A stretch of 64,000 nt of DNA from Chitinophaga pinensis. Its GTDB lineage: Bacteria > Bacteroidota > Bacteroidia > UKL13-3. The position numbers and the translations under genes are program-made. Each line of letters starts with the position of its first letter. Positions within the stretch are counted from its first letter, which is position 1. The notes under the pieces were generated by a model. The model had not been told where the DNA came from and did no database searches. It was given only the letters and a program-made list of their open reading frames with translations. The stretch is taken from assembly GCA_945898275.1 (NCBI GenBank), contig CAMDHZ010000013.1, positions 6,695 through 70,694 of the forward strand, read 5' to 3'. Shown here one piece after another: positions 18,292 through 28,537 of the stretch.

Positions 18292-21200
18292 TTATTCTAT
18301 AATTATTTTTCGCGTAGTACTTTCTTCGCCTCTGCTAATTTTAACTATGTAAACGCCAGCTTTTAAACCTGTTGTTTTTAGTTCAAATCCTTGACTGTTT
18401 TCAATAGTTTCTATGTTTTCGGTTTGACCCAAAATATTAATCAAAGTAATTCTGGCATGTTCTAAATTGTTGCCAGTAATGAATAGTTTTTCTTTTGCAG
18501 GATTTGGATACACCAAAACTTCATTGTCTAAACTTTTATCCTCATTACTCAAAGCCCAATTAGTCGTAAAACTATACTCAAATCCACCGCCAAAATCGGG
18601 TTGAAAAGTTTTGAAAATTTGTCCATTTGCACGCTTTAGCCTTACAAAACCTGTTCCTTGCGCACTATTGGCCCACCATTGCACACCATCCTGACCTTTA
18701 TCTTCTACCACCAATTTAAAACAACCACCTAGGTTATAAGCTTTGCTAAAGGTGAAGTTGGCTTGGGTAAAGCTTTGTTGGTCTATTAAATTGCCTCTCA
18801 TGTCATACAATTTATAGTTGTTTTCTGCAGGGTTGTTGTTAGTTCTAAATTCTAGCGTAAATACAGAAGGTGCTATTTCGGGTATGCTAAATAAAGTAGT
18901 TTTCTCATTATTGTAAGGATTATCGTCTCCATTTTCTGATCCATTTACACCCTCAATTGTTAATTTAAGTTTATTTGCATTAACACCTGGCATTGAATTT
19001 TCCCAAAAAGTATTTAGGTTAAGGGACAATTCTACAGTATCAAAGCCCATAGGAGGAATTGTTCTATCCATCCAAAAAGTGTTTGACCCTACTTCATCAT
19101 TTATTCTATACCAAAATAAGATATCAGTTATATCTTGCGACCCTACATTTTGCACAACTACTCTTGGGGTTGTGCAGGCTGGGTTAAGCCTGCTGTGTAC
19201 TACATAGTTCGATGGATTAATGATATCTACAATTCTGGCATCTCTTTTAAAATTAAAATCGCCATAAGTAACCAATTGATGGGCTACATGGTAATTATAT
19301 GAACCACTTGGGTTTGGCGGAGTGCTTGCTTCGTAGTCAACTGTTATTGGGCTTCCTGCGCTTACCATGCTGCTGATAGCAAATTCTTTAGTCAATGATT
19401 TTTGTCCAGGGCACCAGCCTTGTCTATCGTAAACCCAAGTACCACCTTGCGGAAATACAGGGTTAAAGGCGCATTCTTCGCTGATTATCCATGAAAACTC
19501 ATTGGCACCACCATTTAAATTTAATTGGTGTGTAACTTGTCCGCCATTGGCTTCAAACTCTCCTTCAGCTCCATGCCCAGTAATGGTAGAGCGAATTTTA
19601 AATTCTTTTCCTGTTGCCAAAGTTGGCACATTTACAGGTGCAAATCTGCTATTATTATTTATGGCTGTCAATGGTGCTTGGCCTGTTCTATTTGTACCTT
19701 GCCAAATTTGCTCAAAGCTTAAAACATTTTTTGGTGGTGTGCCCACTATAAACCAAAACTCAACATCGTTTTGTTCTTGGTTTTGGCCTCCTAAAGTCAT
19801 TAGAATTCTTTTGTTACCTTTTAAAATGGGTGCAAAATCCGTAACGTCAAAATACCAAGTTTTACCAGTGGCTCCTAGGTTCAAACCGATGCCATACGGC
19901 GTTACAAACGACATAATCTCATTATACCAAGGAAACCTTCTAAAGAAATTAAGATTACTTAAGGTTAAACTTGCTTCTACATTCACAGCAATACTATCTA
20001 TAATTGGCAATGAACTACTATCTCCATTGTAAACATAACTATGGTTGGCATTGAACCAATTGCTTTGGGTGCTCACTAAGTTTATTTGATCATTGCTTAT
20101 AGGAAATTGCCCTTGTTTGGAAGTAATTGAATACTCTTCAACTACATTGGTTTTTCTAAGTATAGAATCGCGTAAAACAATATTTTGAATCGTGCTAGTT
20201 TGACTTGCTCTATTGAAAATCACATTGGGTCTTAAATCTACCTGACTAAATCCAAACCGAATTTGCTCACCTCTTTCATAAGACCATTTTAAGTTAGTGC
20301 CAGATACAGTTTTGTTATGAATTACTTCGGTAATGCTTTGCCCACCGGCTTCTCCCATTGGATAATAGGCAACTACATCTCCAGCAAGAGGTACCATATA
20401 TCCATTTATACCTGCAGTAATATTGCCAATTTGTGAGTCGGGCAGGGCTTTGTTCCAAATAAGGAGCTCACTGATACGGCCTTTATAATTATTATTTAAA
20501 TTTTGATCCTTGCCTAAAATTAGGTTCATCAAATTAATGGCTTTTGTTTTTGCAGTACCCGACATCCAAAGGCTTCCGTTTAAAAATACTTTCATGGTGC
20601 CGCTTGAGGCATTTTTAACAAACACCCAATGGTTCCAGCGGCCACCCATTTCGGCTAAGCTTGCTGCTTTTTCGATGCGGTCATATCCTCCTGCAAATCC
20701 ACAATCATAATAAACACTGCCATTAGAAAAAGGCAGGTGGATATTCAATTGGCGGTTGTTGATATTGTTATCATAACCATACAAAATTGAAGTGCTTATG
20801 GGCATTTGTGCAGCGTTGCCAAATGCCCAAAACGAAATGCTTATTTCATTTTTTATCTTTGAAAAATCTGCAGTATCTAATTTTACATGTCCGCTATGCG
20901 AAAGGTCTAAAGCATAATTATTAAGCGCTGTAATGCCAGAAATGGCATCGGTTGCCGAGGATGCAAGCTGTAAAATACTATCTTTAATTGAATTGGTAAA
21001 AGAAAATTCAACCACAATATTTTGAACCCCGTCCCAAATAAAAGGCCTATGAAAATTCAATCGGTTCAAACCGAAACCAAACTGATGATTGCTGAAAAAC
21101 ACCTCAGTAAAATTACCTTGCTCTGAGGAAATGGTTTGAAAATCATTTTTAGTAGTATGTTTTATTTTAACTTTTAAGAATGAGGCTTTTGCGCCATTAT

Positions 21201-21780
21201 TTAATACCTCTAATTGTAAACTATGAATTGGGCCTGCACTTAAACCTGCTGCAATAAGTTCCGAAGCCTTATAAATAAACTGAGATTTGCCAGATTGCTG
21301 ATGTGTGGCTACAGCAGAATTGCTTGGTAGTTTGCTTTGTCCAATAGCAAAACTTGAATCAAACAAAACACTATCTACAATAACTCGTTTTTGCGTGAAT
21401 TGAAGATAATCATATACTGGCTTAGTGGTATAATTAAAAGTGCTGCCCGTAAAATTGGAAATAACATATTTAGGTTGTAGGGCCGAAACTTCTTCAACTT
21501 TAGTAGAATCTACGATATAGGTATTGCAAGAATAATCCCACTCGCCACAACCTAAATTCCTATCGGTGCTGTTTGATACAAGTCCGTTTTTGCAACGCAT
21601 GTTATACGCCATTATGATGCGCTCATAACTTAAATTGGCGGATGGGAAATAGGCAACTGTATCTCTAGAATTGCTGCCATAATGAAAGGTTTTTACTTTG
21701 ATGGTATCCCCAGGATTTTGAGCCTGTGTTAACTTGCAAAAACTAAGTAATACTAATAGAAGAATTGCGCTGTGTTTCAT
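18292..21780 (-). CDS. Secreted PNGase F-like protein with LamG domain and T9SS type A CTD
   Basis: Signal peptide; CGEWDY; LamG (ISFWAF, WNHWVFV, GRISEL.IWN); TITGHG, W.YDRQGWCPG; VLVYPNPA...LKAGVYIV...KIIIE. Confidence 0.75.
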   Translation of the reverse strand: MKHSAILLLVLLSFCKLTQAQNPGDTIKVKTFHYGSNSRDTVAYFPSANLSYERIIMAYNMRCKNGLVSNSTDRNLGCGEWDYSCNTYIVDSTKVEEVSALQPKYVISNFTGSTFNYTTKPVYDYLQFTQKRVIVDSVLFDSSFAIGQSKLPSNSAVATHQQSGKSQFIYKASELIAAGLSAGPIHSLQLEVLNNGAKASFLKVKIKHTTKNDFQTISSEQGNFTEVFFSNHQFGFGLNRLNFHRPFIWDGVQNIVVEFSFTNSIKDSILQLASSATDAISGITALNNYALDLSHSGHVKLDTADFSKIKNEISISFWAFGNAAQMPISTSILYGYDNNINNRQLNIHLPFSNGSVYYDCGFAGGYDRIEKAASLAEMGGRWNHWVFVKNASSGTMKVFLNGSLWMSGTAKTKAINLMNLILGKDQNLNNNYKGRISELLIWNKALPDSQIGNITAGINGYMVPLAGDVVAYYPMGEAGGQSITEVIHNKTVSGTNLKWSYERGEQIRFGFSQVDLRPNVIFNRASQTSTIQNIVLRDSILRKTNVVEEYSITSKQGQFPISNDQINLVSTQSNWFNANHSYVYNGDSSSLPIIDSIAVNVEASLTLSNLNFFRRFPWYNEIMSFVTPYGIGLNLGATGKTWYFDVTDFAPILKGNKRILMTLGGQNQEQNDVEFWFIVGTPPKNVLSFEQIWQGTNRTGQAPLTAINNNSRFAPVNVPTLATGKEFKIRSTITGHGAEGEFEANGGQVTHQLNLNGGANEFSWIISEECAFNPVFPQGGTWVYDRQGWCPGQKSLTKEFAISSMVSAGSPITVDYEASTPPNPSGSYNYHVAHQLVTYGDFNFKRDARIVDIINPSNYVVHSRLNPACTTPRVVVQNVGSQDITDILFWYRINDEVGSNTFWMDRTIPPMGFDTVELSLNLNTFWENSMPGVNANKLKLTIEGVNGSENGDDNPYNNEKTTLFSIPEIAPSVFTLEFRTNNNPAENNYKLYDMRGNLIDQQSFTQANFTFSKAYNLGGCFKLVVEDKGQDGVQWWANSAQGTGFVRLKRANGQIFKTFQPDFGGGFEYSFTTNWALSNEDKSLDNEVLVYPNPAKEKLFITGNNLEHARITLINILGQTENIETIENSQGFELKTTGLKAGVYIVKISRGEESTTRKIIIE

Positions 21781-21833
21781 TTATAATCAGATGTATCTGC
21801 GCAATATATTTATTTTTAATGTTTTGACAAGGT

Positions 21834-21874
21834 AAAAGTAGCAGTTCAATTGTACTGGAAAATTGAACTGCTAC
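21834..21874 (-). terminator. Intrinsic terminator
   Basis: Perfect 14-bp stem GTAGCAGTTCAATT / AATTGAACTGCTAC, 9-nt loop, T-run on the minus strand, just after the DUF4139 stop. Confidence 0.8.
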
Positions 21875-21886
21875 CTGAAAAATTAT

Positions 21887-23566
21887 TTACAAGCCATATA
21901 CTACTTTGTCTTTAGGATAGCGAATTTCGTAAGTGAAGCTAAGTTTTTTGGTTTCTTTTGAGTTTACCTTTACACGCCAAGTTAGCTTGCCTTCCACTTC
22001 CTCTAATTGCGCGCCGCTGCCATCTAGCAAGGTTACTTTTATATCATTGGTGCCTCTTACTACTGGAATTTGGTCTTCTAAGTTAATGTATACTGCGCTC
22101 GACTTAGTATTCCTTACCACCAGTTCGATGGTTCTGCTTTCAACCTTCTCTGTTTCTAAGATTTTACTTCTCGATTTTTCCTTAATTTTTCTGCGTTGAA
22201 TCACCAAACTTTTATCGCGGCCTAGGTTAAAGGCAAGTGTGTCCGATTCTGATTGTGGGTTGATAAATGTTTCACCGATATAACCATTGTCAAAATATAC
22301 ACGGGCATTACCAGGTAGCAAGTTTAAAGATTCCCAACCACTCACATTGGCCATTAAAAAGGCATCACTGCTTAATTTAGGCACTGCTGCAAATTCTAAT
22401 CCCATGGCAATGCTTTCTTGTTTAATCATCACTTTATGTGGTTTGGTTGAACTTAAAATTTGATATTTTAATTTGATATCATATTCTGTGCGCAACAAAT
22501 TTTCACTTATGTTGATATACTCTTGCATGGCCTTGCTTTCTGCGTAAGGCGCTTCACTATCATTAACGGACAAGTCTTCTTGCATGTTTTTGCTTTTTAC
22601 AGTTACCCTAGCAGGAGCCAAGGTTTGCAATTGGGCATTGCTTAACTTTTGTTCTTTGCGCATTTGTACAAATTGTTGCAAGCTAATATGCCAAGGCGTT
22701 AACACAGGTTTCATGTTTTGTTCCATAGGATTGCTGCTGCTTAAGGTTAGTAAGGTTTGATCCCAATTTACTTCGCTTTGTTGCGAAACCATGGCAAAAT
22801 ATTTTACCGTCATTTTATTGTCAATAGGATTGGCATGTAATTCATATACAGGTTGCCAAGAGGCATTTGGTATAAAGTAATTGAAATTGATTACAGCAGT
22901 TCCAGGCGTTTCGGCATACAGATTTACTACCACCTGGTGAATAGGTGCAGCTGCATAACCTTCTTGGTAAACACCAGATTCTAACAATTGCAATTGCTTA
23001 AGTCTTTCGTTAAGTTGGTTTATCATTTTATTGATTTTACTCTTCTTCCGCTCCAAGGATAGACTTTGGTCGTAGATTAGGTTTAAACGATCATGGGTAA
23101 AATCCATGGCGCCAGCAAGCAGGGGCAAGGAATCTTTGGTAGATTCACCTTTGATGAGTTTAAAATTTAACAGCATCTTTTTTTCTGTTTCTAACACATA
23201 ATTTTTATTGTGAATTTCTTGCAAGTCAAACTCAAACATTTCTAAGGAGTCTTGAATACGCGTAATTTCTTTGGCATAGGTGCGCTGCACGGGTTTAACT
23301 TCTTTATAATAACTACGGTACTGCACTTCCATTACAGTGCCGCCTTTGCTATTGGCTTGCAAAGAGTTTTCGATGATGCCAGAAGAAATGTTTTCGAACA
23401 CAAACTCATTGTTACCCGTTTGTAAATACACTGTTTCTTGGTGATACAAATGTGCGCCTTGCAGGTAAACAGTGGCTTTATTTACTTTAGATGAAATGGG
23501 TTTAGCTGCCATTAAAACATTGGCAATTAAGATTAGGGTCAAACCGAAACATAATTTATTAAACAT
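21887..23566 (-). CDS. DUF4139/DUF4140 (MuiA-like) secreted protein
   Basis: VTVYL.GA-like ATVYLQGA, ASWQPVYEL, VSQQSEVNW, LLPGNARVYFD, FNLGRD, LEDQIPV. Confidence 0.85.
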   Translation of the reverse strand: MFNKLCFGLTLILIANVLMAAKPISSKVNKATVYLQGAHLYHQETVYLQTGNNEFVFENISSGIIENSLQANSKGGTVMEVQYRSYYKEVKPVQRTYAKEITRIQDSLEMFEFDLQEIHNKNYVLETEKKMLLNFKLIKGESTKDSLPLLAGAMDFTHDRLNLIYDQSLSLERKKSKINKMINQLNERLKQLQLLESGVYQEGYAAAPIHQVVVNLYAETPGTAVINFNYFIPNASWQPVYELHANPIDNKMTVKYFAMVSQQSEVNWDQTLLTLSSSNPMEQNMKPVLTPWHISLQQFVQMRKEQKLSNAQLQTLAPARVTVKSKNMQEDLSVNDSEAPYAESKAMQEYINISENLLRTEYDIKLKYQILSSTKPHKVMIKQESIAMGLEFAAVPKLSSDAFLMANVSGWESLNLLPGNARVYFDNGYIGETFINPQSESDTLAFNLGRDKSLVIQRRKIKEKSRSKILETEKVESRTIELVVRNTKSSAVYINLEDQIPVVRGTNDIKVTLLDGSGAQLEEVEGKLTWRVKVNSKETKKLSFTYEIRYPKDKVVYGL

Positions 23567-23589
23567 AAGTTTTTAGATTTATTACCCCT

Positions 23590-24270
23590 TTGATGCAAGG
23601 TTTTTTTGAATTCCATAAAAAGCCTCAAAAAAAATTTCATCTTTGTCTCGTGACCCACAATTGGCAAACTGAAGCAGACGAAGATTTAGTAAAACATTAC
23701 GCGAGTACTGGTGATAAACAGGTGCTTGGTACCTTGTTTAAACGACATTCCTTGTTGTGTTTTACTGTTTGCATGAAATACTTAAAGGATGAGATGGCTG
23801 CCGAAGACGCCGTGATGCAGGTGTTTGAAAAATTACTTACCGACCTACACAAACATGAAGTGCAGAATTTTAGAAGCTGGTTACACAGTGTTTGCCGAAA
23901 CCATTGCCTCATGCAATTGAGAAAGCCTCAGCTTTTTGCTGCTTTGCAAACCGAAGTTGAAGACAATGAAGAAATATTTGTGGAATCTGCAAGCAATTTG
24001 CATCAAGAGGATGACAAGCAAATGTTGGAAGAGAAATTACAAACCATGGAACAAGTATTAACTGAGCTAAATGCAGCGCAGGCAAGCTGTTTACGCCTGT
24101 TCTATTTGGAAGGTAAAAGTTATGAGGATATTAGCCAACAACTTGGTTTATCGCTTAATGAAGTTAAAAGTCATCTTCAAAATGGCAAACGAAATTTAAA
24201 AATTGGCATGGCGCGCAAAGGCATTACGTATGTTTCAATATTATTTTTATGGATGCAACAAAGTGCATAA
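23590..24270 (+). CDS. ECF sigma factor
   Basis: AEDAVMQVFEKL, FRSWLHSVCRNHC, LFYLEGKSYEDIS, VKSHLQNGKRNL; true start may be GTG at 23650. Confidence 0.9.
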   Translation: MMQGFFEFHKKPQKKFHLCLVTHNWQTEADEDLVKHYASTGDKQVLGTLFKRHSLLCFTVCMKYLKDEMAAEDAVMQVFEKLLTDLHKHEVQNFRSWLHSVCRNHCLMQLRKPQLFAALQTEVEDNEEIFVESASNLHQEDDKQMLEEKLQTMEQVLTELNAAQASCLRLFYLEGKSYEDISQQLGLSLNEVKSHLQNGKRNLKIGMARKGITYVSILFLWMQQSA

Positions 24271-25244
24271 GTAACCAACAATGGGAGGCCTACAGCCAAG
24301 GCATGCTTAGCAAATCACAGCTAGACTTGCTAAACGCGCATGTGCAATCCTGTGAAATTTGTGCTGATATGAAAGCTGGTATTGATGCCATGCAACATCC
24401 TGAAAATTTAGTGAAGCATGTTGCTGCTATCGATAAAAAAATAGCACAAAAAACGCAAAAGCCTTATGCTAAAATCATTGCTATAACTGCCTTTGTAGCT
24501 ATTGCCGCCACCTTGCTAATCTTTGGAAATGCTTTTTTATTAATGGAAGCAGAGGATGCCGAAATACATCCAATTCTAACTGAAAAAATTACAGATGCAA
24601 ACGACTCGGTTCAAGCCGAAACCAAAAAGATATTGGCTTTAGAAGTGCCTGCCAAAAAGAAAAAAGCAGTAACAAAGCCTTTTAATCCTAGTCTGGATGC
24701 AGCCATAAAAGTGCAAGAAACACTTCCGGAAAAAATGATGGTTCAATCAGATGATGCTTCAAGTGTGGCAGAGGACTTAGTCCCGCCTGAAATAGCGCCA
24801 GTTAAGGCATTAGAGCAGGAAACAACAGACAATGTTATTGAAGAAAGTTGGAAGCCCGAAACAAAAAAGGATGCCCAAAAGGCTATGCCCACAAGTAAAA
24901 AGCAGAAAGCTCGTGTGGCTGGTCCGCAAACCTTGAGTAATAACAATGCCTATAACAATAATGCTATTTCATTTGAACTCCCCACTGATTCTGCGCGGAT
25001 TGCCGTATCCAAGCAGTTATTGGGCAGAAAAGAATATCAATTGGGCCTTAATTATTTATTGGGAGTAAGAAACGATAGCACTTCTGCCTTTTACCACGAA
25101 GCTTTGTACCTTAGTGCACAATTTTATATCGGGTTGAACCAAACCCATTTTGCAAAAGGTTTGTTGCAGGAGATTTTGAAATCAGAAAACGACTTTACCC
25201 TTAAGGCAGAAGCGCTTTTGAGAAAACTAAACGAAGAAGATTAA
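24249..25244 (+). CDS. Putative zinc-binding anti-sigma factor, single TM
   Basis: HVQSCEIC (HxxxCxxC), TM helix, C-terminal TPR-like helices; overlaps the sigma gene. Confidence 0.72.
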   Translation: MDATKCISNQQWEAYSQGMLSKSQLDLLNAHVQSCEICADMKAGIDAMQHPENLVKHVAAIDKKIAQKTQKPYAKIIAITAFVAIAATLLIFGNAFLLMEAEDAEIHPILTEKITDANDSVQAETKKILALEVPAKKKKAVTKPFNPSLDAAIKVQETLPEKMMVQSDDASSVAEDLVPPEIAPVKALEQETTDNVIEESWKPETKKDAQKAMPTSKKQKARVAGPQTLSNNNAYNNNAISFELPTDSARIAVSKQLLGRKEYQLGLNYLLGVRNDSTSAFYHEALYLSAQFYIGLNQTHFAKGLLQEILKSENDFTLKAEALLRKLNEED

Positions 25245-25738
25245 GCCAATTCTACCAAGACAGTATTTTTTTCAACTGCTTGCTTTTCGCTTACGCAAAT
25301 TTTCTTAATAATTCCTTCGCCATCTGCTTTGATGACATTTTCCATTTTCATTGCCTCTAACACTAAAATAGCATCCCCTTTTTTAATTTGATCTCCTTCT
25401 TTGGCAATAATTCTTAATACCAAACCTGGCATGGGTGCCTTAACGATATTGGCTTTGGTGCTTAGCATTTTATCCATGCCAAGCTCACTCAATAAATGAT
25501 CGTATTTATCCTTAATGCTCACTTCTTGCTTTATGCCATTTACCAAAATGCGCATGGTCTTTTGGTTTTCTGACTTTTCTAGCAACTCAATTGTAAAGCT
25601 TTGATGATTGATAATCAAATGATATTTATTTGGACCTAATTTGATGGTATCTGCATTTACAGCTTTGCCATCAAGGGTTGCTTCACCACTGTGTAAATTA
25701 TATTGAAATTGCTGTTCGTTAACTTTTATATTTAACAT
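25241..25738 (-). CDS. Biotin carboxyl carrier (biotinyl-domain) protein
   Basis: VKAPMPGLV and VLEAMKMEN biotin attachment motif. Confidence 0.93.
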   Translation of the reverse strand: MLNIKVNEQQFQYNLHSGEATLDGKAVNADTIKLGPNKYHLIINHQSFTIELLEKSENQKTMRILVNGIKQEVSIKDKYDHLLSELGMDKMLSTKANIVKAPMPGLVLRIIAKEGDQIKKGDAILVLEAMKMENVIKADGEGIIKKICVSEKQAVEKNTVLVELA

Positions 25739-25769
25739 GATTGGCGTTTATTGCGTGTTTAAATTACGT

Positions 25770-28286
25770 ATGAGGTTATACTTGAGTTTGGCTTTTGCAC
25801 TTTTTGTTGCTTTAAGCGCTTGCAAAATAAATAAAAAGGAGTCCAATAAACAGCCCGAAAAATATTTTTTAGAAGATGTGGTGGTTAAGCCAGCCAAAAA
25901 CTTGCCCAAGGCTGAGTTGCAGGTGATGCGCCAGCAGCTTGAAGATTTGCAACATACCCATTTGGAGGTTGCTTTTGACTATGCGCGTCAATGGGTATTG
26001 GGCAAAGCCGTATTGCGTTTTGTGCCATATAATGCTTTACCAGACAGTTTGCACTTGGATGCAAAAGGCTTTGAAATCAATAGGGTAGGGGTAATTGTTG
26101 GCAAAGATACCTTGCCAATTCCTTATAGATACGATGATAAACAATTGCATTTGCCTTATGGTAAAAACCCCAACTTAATTGTTTTTATTGATTATATAGC
26201 CAAGCCCAATGAACTTGAAAAAGAAGGCGGCAATGCCATTACCGATTCACGTGGTTTATATTTTATCAATCCTTTGGGCAAAGACCCTCTTAAACCAAGG
26301 CAAATCTGGACACAAGGAGAAACAGAATACAACTCTTGCTGGTTCCCAACCATTGATGCGCCAAACGAAAAGCATACCCAAGACATTTACATTACGGTTG
26401 ATAGTGGAGAAGTGAGCCTTTGTAACGGACTTTTAATATCCACAAAGAAATTGCCCAATGGTAAGCATATCGATCATTGGCAGCAATTAAAACCACATGC
26501 ACCTTATTTAACTATGTTGGCTGTGGGCAATTTTGTAATTACCAAAGATACTTGGCGTGGCAAGGAAGTTAGCTATTATTTAGAACCTGATTATGCCCCT
26601 TATGCCCGAGCAATTTTTGGCAAAACCAGCGAAATGCTTGATATTTTTTCACGTATTACGGGTGTAGAATATCCTTGGGAGAAGTTTAGTCAGATTGTAT
26701 GTAGAGACTTTGTAAGCGGTGCCATGGAAAATACGAGTGCCGTATTGCATGGTGAGTTTGTGCAACAAGATGAAAGAGGATTGCTTGACCATCCGCAAGA
26801 AGATATCATTGCCCATGAATTGTTTCACCATTGGTTTGGCGATTTGGTTACTAGCAGAAGTTGGGGACATTTGCCATTAAACGAAAGTTTTGCAACCTAT
26901 GGCGAATACCTTTACCACGAGGCAGCGCTAGGGAAAGAAGAAGCAGACAGAGTTTTTGCTTGGAATTTGGAAGCTTATTTACGTCAGAAAAATAAACACC
27001 AAGTTTCACCAGTCAGACAATATTTTAATCACCCCGATGATATGTTTGATGTAGTGAGTTATCAAAAAGGCTCTTGGATTTTGCATCACTTGCGCAGCGT
27101 GATTGGTGATTCTGCTTTCTTCAAAGGGATGAAAATTTACCTTACAGAAAATGCCTATCAAGCTGCCGATATCCATAACCTTCGCATGGCAATGGAAAAG
27201 GCATCTGGCACAGATTTAATTCCGTTTTTTAACCGTTGGTTTCTTAGCAAAGGCCATCCTTCATTTTTGGTCGGTTTGAACCAAAACGCTGAAGGTAAAA
27301 TTGAGGTGGCGGTAAAACAAGTTCAGGACAGTAGCTTTGGGTTGTTTCAATTAAGTTTACCTATAACTTTAGTTTATGCCGATGGCAGATCCGAAGTGCA
27401 TATTTTGGAAGTGAAAAATAAATCACAAATTTTCATACTTGAAAAAGATACTTCACTTTCTATTCTTACTTGGTTCAGCGATGCAAAAGGCGAGATACCC
27501 ATGCAACTTACAGAAGTTAAATCAGAGGCAGAATGGTTAGCACAATTAGAATATGCTAAGAATTATCCTGCAAAGAATAAAGCTTTTCAATACTTCAATG
27601 ACCCTCGGTTCAATAAAAACTTAACTAGGGTAAAGGCTGCTGAATACTTACTGAAACAAAAGCAATGGTACTATCAGTTAAAAGGAATTGACTTAATTGG
27701 TGATACCTTAATTGAGCCGTTTGAACCCATGCTAATTACCGCTGCTAAGCAAACTGACAAATACGATTTAGCAACTTATGCTTTGGAGGTTTTGGTGGAG
27801 AAATTTGGATATGAAAAGCACCAAGAAAAGGTGTTTGCAGCATTACAATCTCCTTCATATGAAATGCTAAAAACAGGAATAGAAATTTTGGCCGAACACC
27901 AAATGGATACCTTATTATTTTTACTTCCTCAGTATGAAAGTCTGAAGAACGAAGCAGTCCAAAAGGCAATTGCCAGCGTATATGCAAAGCAAGTTAACTT
28001 AAACTATAATGCTTATTTTGCAGCCAATTTAGGCAGGTTTGGGTATGCTAAGCGCGCCATGCGGAATAGTTATTTGCAATACTTAATTAAGCAGAATGGT
28101 GTTATTTGTAGGGAAGCAATCCTTGTTTTAGATACACATTTTAAGCAAAGCACTGAAGCAGATATAGCCAATACATTACTTAACTTTTTAAACCAGTGGA
28201 AACTAAAATCAGAGAACAAAGAATTTTTTGATAACACAGACTTTAAAGAATTTTATGCTAAGGTAGAAGCAGCCACAAAGATTTAA
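25770..28286 (+). CDS. M1 family aminopeptidase, probable lipoprotein
   Basis: WTQGE, WFPTID, SGAMEN, AHELFHHWFG, LNESFATY, YQKGSW; lipobox LSAC. Confidence 0.93.
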   Translation: MRLYLSLAFALFVALSACKINKKESNKQPEKYFLEDVVVKPAKNLPKAELQVMRQQLEDLQHTHLEVAFDYARQWVLGKAVLRFVPYNALPDSLHLDAKGFEINRVGVIVGKDTLPIPYRYDDKQLHLPYGKNPNLIVFIDYIAKPNELEKEGGNAITDSRGLYFINPLGKDPLKPRQIWTQGETEYNSCWFPTIDAPNEKHTQDIYITVDSGEVSLCNGLLISTKKLPNGKHIDHWQQLKPHAPYLTMLAVGNFVITKDTWRGKEVSYYLEPDYAPYARAIFGKTSEMLDIFSRITGVEYPWEKFSQIVCRDFVSGAMENTSAVLHGEFVQQDERGLLDHPQEDIIAHELFHHWFGDLVTSRSWGHLPLNESFATYGEYLYHEAALGKEEADRVFAWNLEAYLRQKNKHQVSPVRQYFNHPDDMFDVVSYQKGSWILHHLRSVIGDSAFFKGMKIYLTENAYQAADIHNLRMAMEKASGTDLIPFFNRWFLSKGHPSFLVGLNQNAEGKIEVAVKQVQDSSFGLFQLSLPITLVYADGRSEVHILEVKNKSQIFILEKDTSLSILTWFSDAKGEIPMQLTEVKSEAEWLAQLEYAKNYPAKNKAFQYFNDPRFNKNLTRVKAAEYLLKQKQWYYQLKGIDLIGDTLIEPFEPMLITAAKQTDKYDLATYALEVLVEKFGYEKHQEKVFAALQSPSYEMLKTGIEILAEHQMDTLLFLLPQYESLKNEAVQKAIASVYAKQVNLNYNAYFAANLGRFGYAKRAMRNSYLQYLIKQNGVICREAILVLDTHFKQSTEADIANTLLNFLNQWKLKSENKEFFDNTDFKEFYAKVEAATKI

Positions 28287-28300
28287 TTTAATGATATAAT

Positions 28301-28522
28301 CCTAGCGATGATTTCGCTCCTAGCGATGATATCGCTCCTACGGAGCTTGATAAAATATGTTGATGAATGATTCAATTTGGCTATTGCTTCAATGGATAGC
28401 AATAGCCCCAGCGGGGCGAAATCCTACTAGTATGAAATTTAATTATCAGGATTAAAGCCCCAGCGGGGCGAAATCACAACAGAGAATTATAATTGTATAA
28501 GTAAATACCCTGAGGGGCGAAA
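28301..28522. repeat. Cluster of REP-like hairpins upstream of the Y1 transposase
   Basis: AGCCCCAGCGGGGCGAAAT at 28404-28422 and 28456-28474; degenerate copy at 28507-28522; related inverted copy ATATCGCTCCTACGGAGCT at 28329-28347. Confidence 0.78.
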
Positions 28523-28537
28523 CCACCATCAAACATT

